Assembly (NCBI GenBank): GCA_002633005.1
Contig: NMRA01000607.1
Location: 185,998-249,997 of the forward strand
DNA from: Phoronis australis
Taxonomy: Eukaryota; Animalia; Phoronida
Direction: 5' to 3'
DNA: 64,000 bases
The translations under genes were made by a program, and so were the position numbers. Position 1 is the first letter of the stretch. Every line of letters starts with the position of its first letter. Below the pieces are notes generated by a model. It searched no databases and was not told where the DNA came from. It saw only the letters and a list, made by a program, of their open reading frames with translations. Below, piece by piece: positions 60,946 through 64,000 of this stretch.

Positions 60946-63900
60946 TTTGTCTTTATATCGTCACATTTTCGCGTGCCAATTCCGTGTGCTATATTGCGCC
61001 ATTCACTGTGAACTAGTAGTAAATGCAAACATGAAGATGAGATACGTGTCTTGAACTATCGCTTAGTAAATTGTGTTACCTGCTGATGTCTATTGAATTT
61101 AATTGCACTGTTGTGATGTAACCACAAGATCATTTTTAGAGAGTTTGAAGGAAACGAAACTAAACTCGTAAAAACATAACGAGGTCATGCCTTCAATGAA
61201 ACATAACTGGTCAATCTTATGTAATAGTTGCCAGAATTTCCAGAAGTATCAAACACCGCCTTAAAGAAATGAATACTAAATATGCTGATCTACATATACC
61301 AATTAACGGATGAGACAATACCTATGCTAATTAATATGTTGGTTTTGTGACCCCAACGTGTAACCGAGTGTAAGCCATACATCGATTAATCCTCCCTAAT
61401 CGATTCATAAATTAGTGGCTTAGCCTGCGCTGCTGGAGAAAACTTATTCGCTAATTTGTTAATGGATCCATTTTAAAAATTCGAACCCGTTTAATCTTTA
61501 CTTTTCAAATAAAGAAACTGTCAGTTTGTTTTTCTTATTATTGTTCGTTTCTTGACTTTGAAACTCGTACGCTAAAGAGGCGCGACTTGGATTATGACCA
61601 CAATTTTCTCGCCCAATACTTATTTGGCCATTATCCCATGAGTAGCGTCTAGATCACTTCAATCTGTGACGGGCCAGCAAGCCTTTAGTGTGTCTAGGAC
61701 TCGCTGGAAATTCCAAAGTGACCATGCAGTGCACACTTTCTCGTCCACTTGCCTGTAAATTCTGTTAGCATAAGAGTTGCCCAATGAAGAACATCTAAAC
61801 ACACTTTTTAATTCATGGAAACAACATTTTTCCAAAAAAAAACGAGAAAATGTTACACTTTCTTAGTAGGTGTAGTTTTCAAAAAATCACATTAGATAAT
61901 TAGGCCTACTCTGAACAATGCGAATTGGAAGTTTGTTACATATGAGTTTGCCACTTGTGTTTTGTATCTGTTTACACTGAATACATCAATGTGTTTTGTA
62001 AAATCCAACGGTATTAATAATAATCAAATTGTGTTAATTTGACATTAGTGTTCATCTTGGAATGTCAAAAATACCGTTAGGCGTTTTCTGTATTTTTGTT
62101 TTTTTCGTTTTAATCAAACGTTTTAATAAAAGTTTATTTTTGATAGCCCAATTAGACCAACTTAATAACAATTTCTAGCTACATTTTACAGTGCATTGCA
62201 TAAGGCATGGTATCTAAAGATTGATGTTAATCCGACCAGTAGTTTTTGAGATATCATGTCACCAAGTTGAACATTTTCTTACGGTCCTACATGACTTATC
62301 GTTGAACTAGCTTTGACGTTTGTACTTCATTCTTGCAAATACATGATACTTTAGCCAAAACAGACAACTGCTTATACCACCCACGTTGAAATGTTAACAC
62401 TTAGCAGACGACGCTCACTCGGACGCGTTTTTACCAAACCAAGCCAATATTTACACTGGTGGGTCTATGATGTCGTAACCACACCTTTTGGAGAGGAAAA
62501 TAGTCCGCACAACCCCCAAAAATGGCATGCCGACGGCGCTTTCTTGGTCGCGACCGTGAGGTTGGACAAACTTGTTATATGCGTTGAACCAGTGAGCCAT
62601 TGGTATGCTGTAATGTGATGAATAAAAATTTATGAAATAACGACCCCGTTACAAGAAAATGAATCTGCAAAATGCAATGAAATAAGGCATTTTTAGGTAT
62701 GGTACGGTAGTAACCTTGTATTCATCTCGGAACATGCCAATTACCCTGTCCATCTGAACTGAGCACAGTTTAACAATGTTTCATTATTTTTCTGACGCTG
62801 GGCGCGTAATACACCATTAACGAGGTGCAAGATTCTTACACTGAAATTTACTGGCACCGAGGGCCGAATGGACCCGTTCTCTTTCACACGGGGAGATGAA
62901 GCTAAATGATACCATCAAGACGACTAAACCACGTACTGAACAACACAATGCATATCCAATCGAAGAAAAGGTTTATTCTTTCACCATCACTTGATAACTA
63001 CAAATTCAGTAAACATAAAATAAGCTCCCTGAAATATGAAAATATAGTAAAAACACATCTAGCGATGAAGACTTGCAGACTAAGATGGCGTGACACGTCA
63101 TGGTCCGCCATATGGCGGTCAACACACACTGTACAATATAAAACAAACACTTTTAATAACAATGATGATAAAAACAAAAGAATTTTAACGGGAAACACAA
63201 TCAACAGAATGACGGATTGGGGGTCCGATTGAACAGAGATGCAAACCTGTTCGATACTTTTACTAGAACTGGGTATAAGAGAAAAGGTCAAATCTTGTGT
63301 ATTCCTTACATTCTCCATCCACAAAACTTTTTACATTACAGACTACGAGCACAGCAACAGAAAAGCTACAAGTAACTTGAAGTGCTCCCTAGTGTTATGT
63401 GTTCAAACTAAGGATTGTAAGTTTATACAAGATGGGAATAATAAGTAAAATTAACTGTGAATCACAAGATTTGATAAGAGCGTACTAAGATTCAATAAAA
63501 CCTGTCAATGATGTATTAATTAGGCTTTTATAATATCAGAACGAACTCGTACTCGCTGCACTAGAACTCGTGGATCACTTAGCTAGCTACAAAAACATGA
63601 ATTGGTGCGTTGATTAATCTCATGCGTCGCACCATCATTACCCAATGCGTGAAACTTCGTTCCTCTGTTAATGGGATTTCAAAACGAGCCATCATCAGTG
63701 ATCATTACTGTCACGATGAACTGCAGATGCTACGTGTTTGTTACCAACATCATAAAATGAACAAATTGATATAGAGCAAACTGTTCAAATGCATGTGTAC
63801 GTGATCATCACAAATTCATAAAGCGGCATTAAACTCGTGCCTCCTGTCAAGAAGGCAAGTTCTGATTCAGATCTCTTACTATTATGAAATGGCTCTCAAA

Positions 63901-64000
63901 TAGTTGGATGGTCAAAAAAGGTCTGTTTTCCAGGCGAAATATGCTAACCATGGGCGGGTTAACGGCCAAGTTGACCCTAATGCCAGCTGAAAACTTTACA

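Overview
AT-rich, intron-containing animal genomic DNA, probably a marine invertebrate (inferred from TACATGTA-rich background, GT-AG introns and repeat types); it is not prokaryotic. Three protein-coding genes are supported. (1) A minus-strand secreted multidomain gene reconstructed from 7 phase-compatible exons (32540 to 15656): signal peptide, PAN/Apple, F5/8 type C (discoidin), then 5 TSP1 repeats; its last exon is not resolved. (2) A minus-strand exon for an SGNH/PC-esterase-family protein (37880-36915). (3) A plus-strand gene (probable exons 45538-45562, 49149-49319, 52987-53145, 54611-58173) for a GlnD/GlnE/DUF294-type nucleotidyltransferase fused to 12 highly similar 43-aa TPR repeats. 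Decayed TPR units continue past the stop codon and are split by a TE-like insertion. This NTase-TPR 'sensor-effector' architecture with an expanding and contracting repeat array is the most interesting item and is a candidate uncharacterised immune or signalling system. The remainder is dense in non-autonomous DNA transposons/MITEs, Penelope, LINE and SINE fragments, palindromes and tandem repeats. All calls come from reading the sequence by eye; no searches were run.
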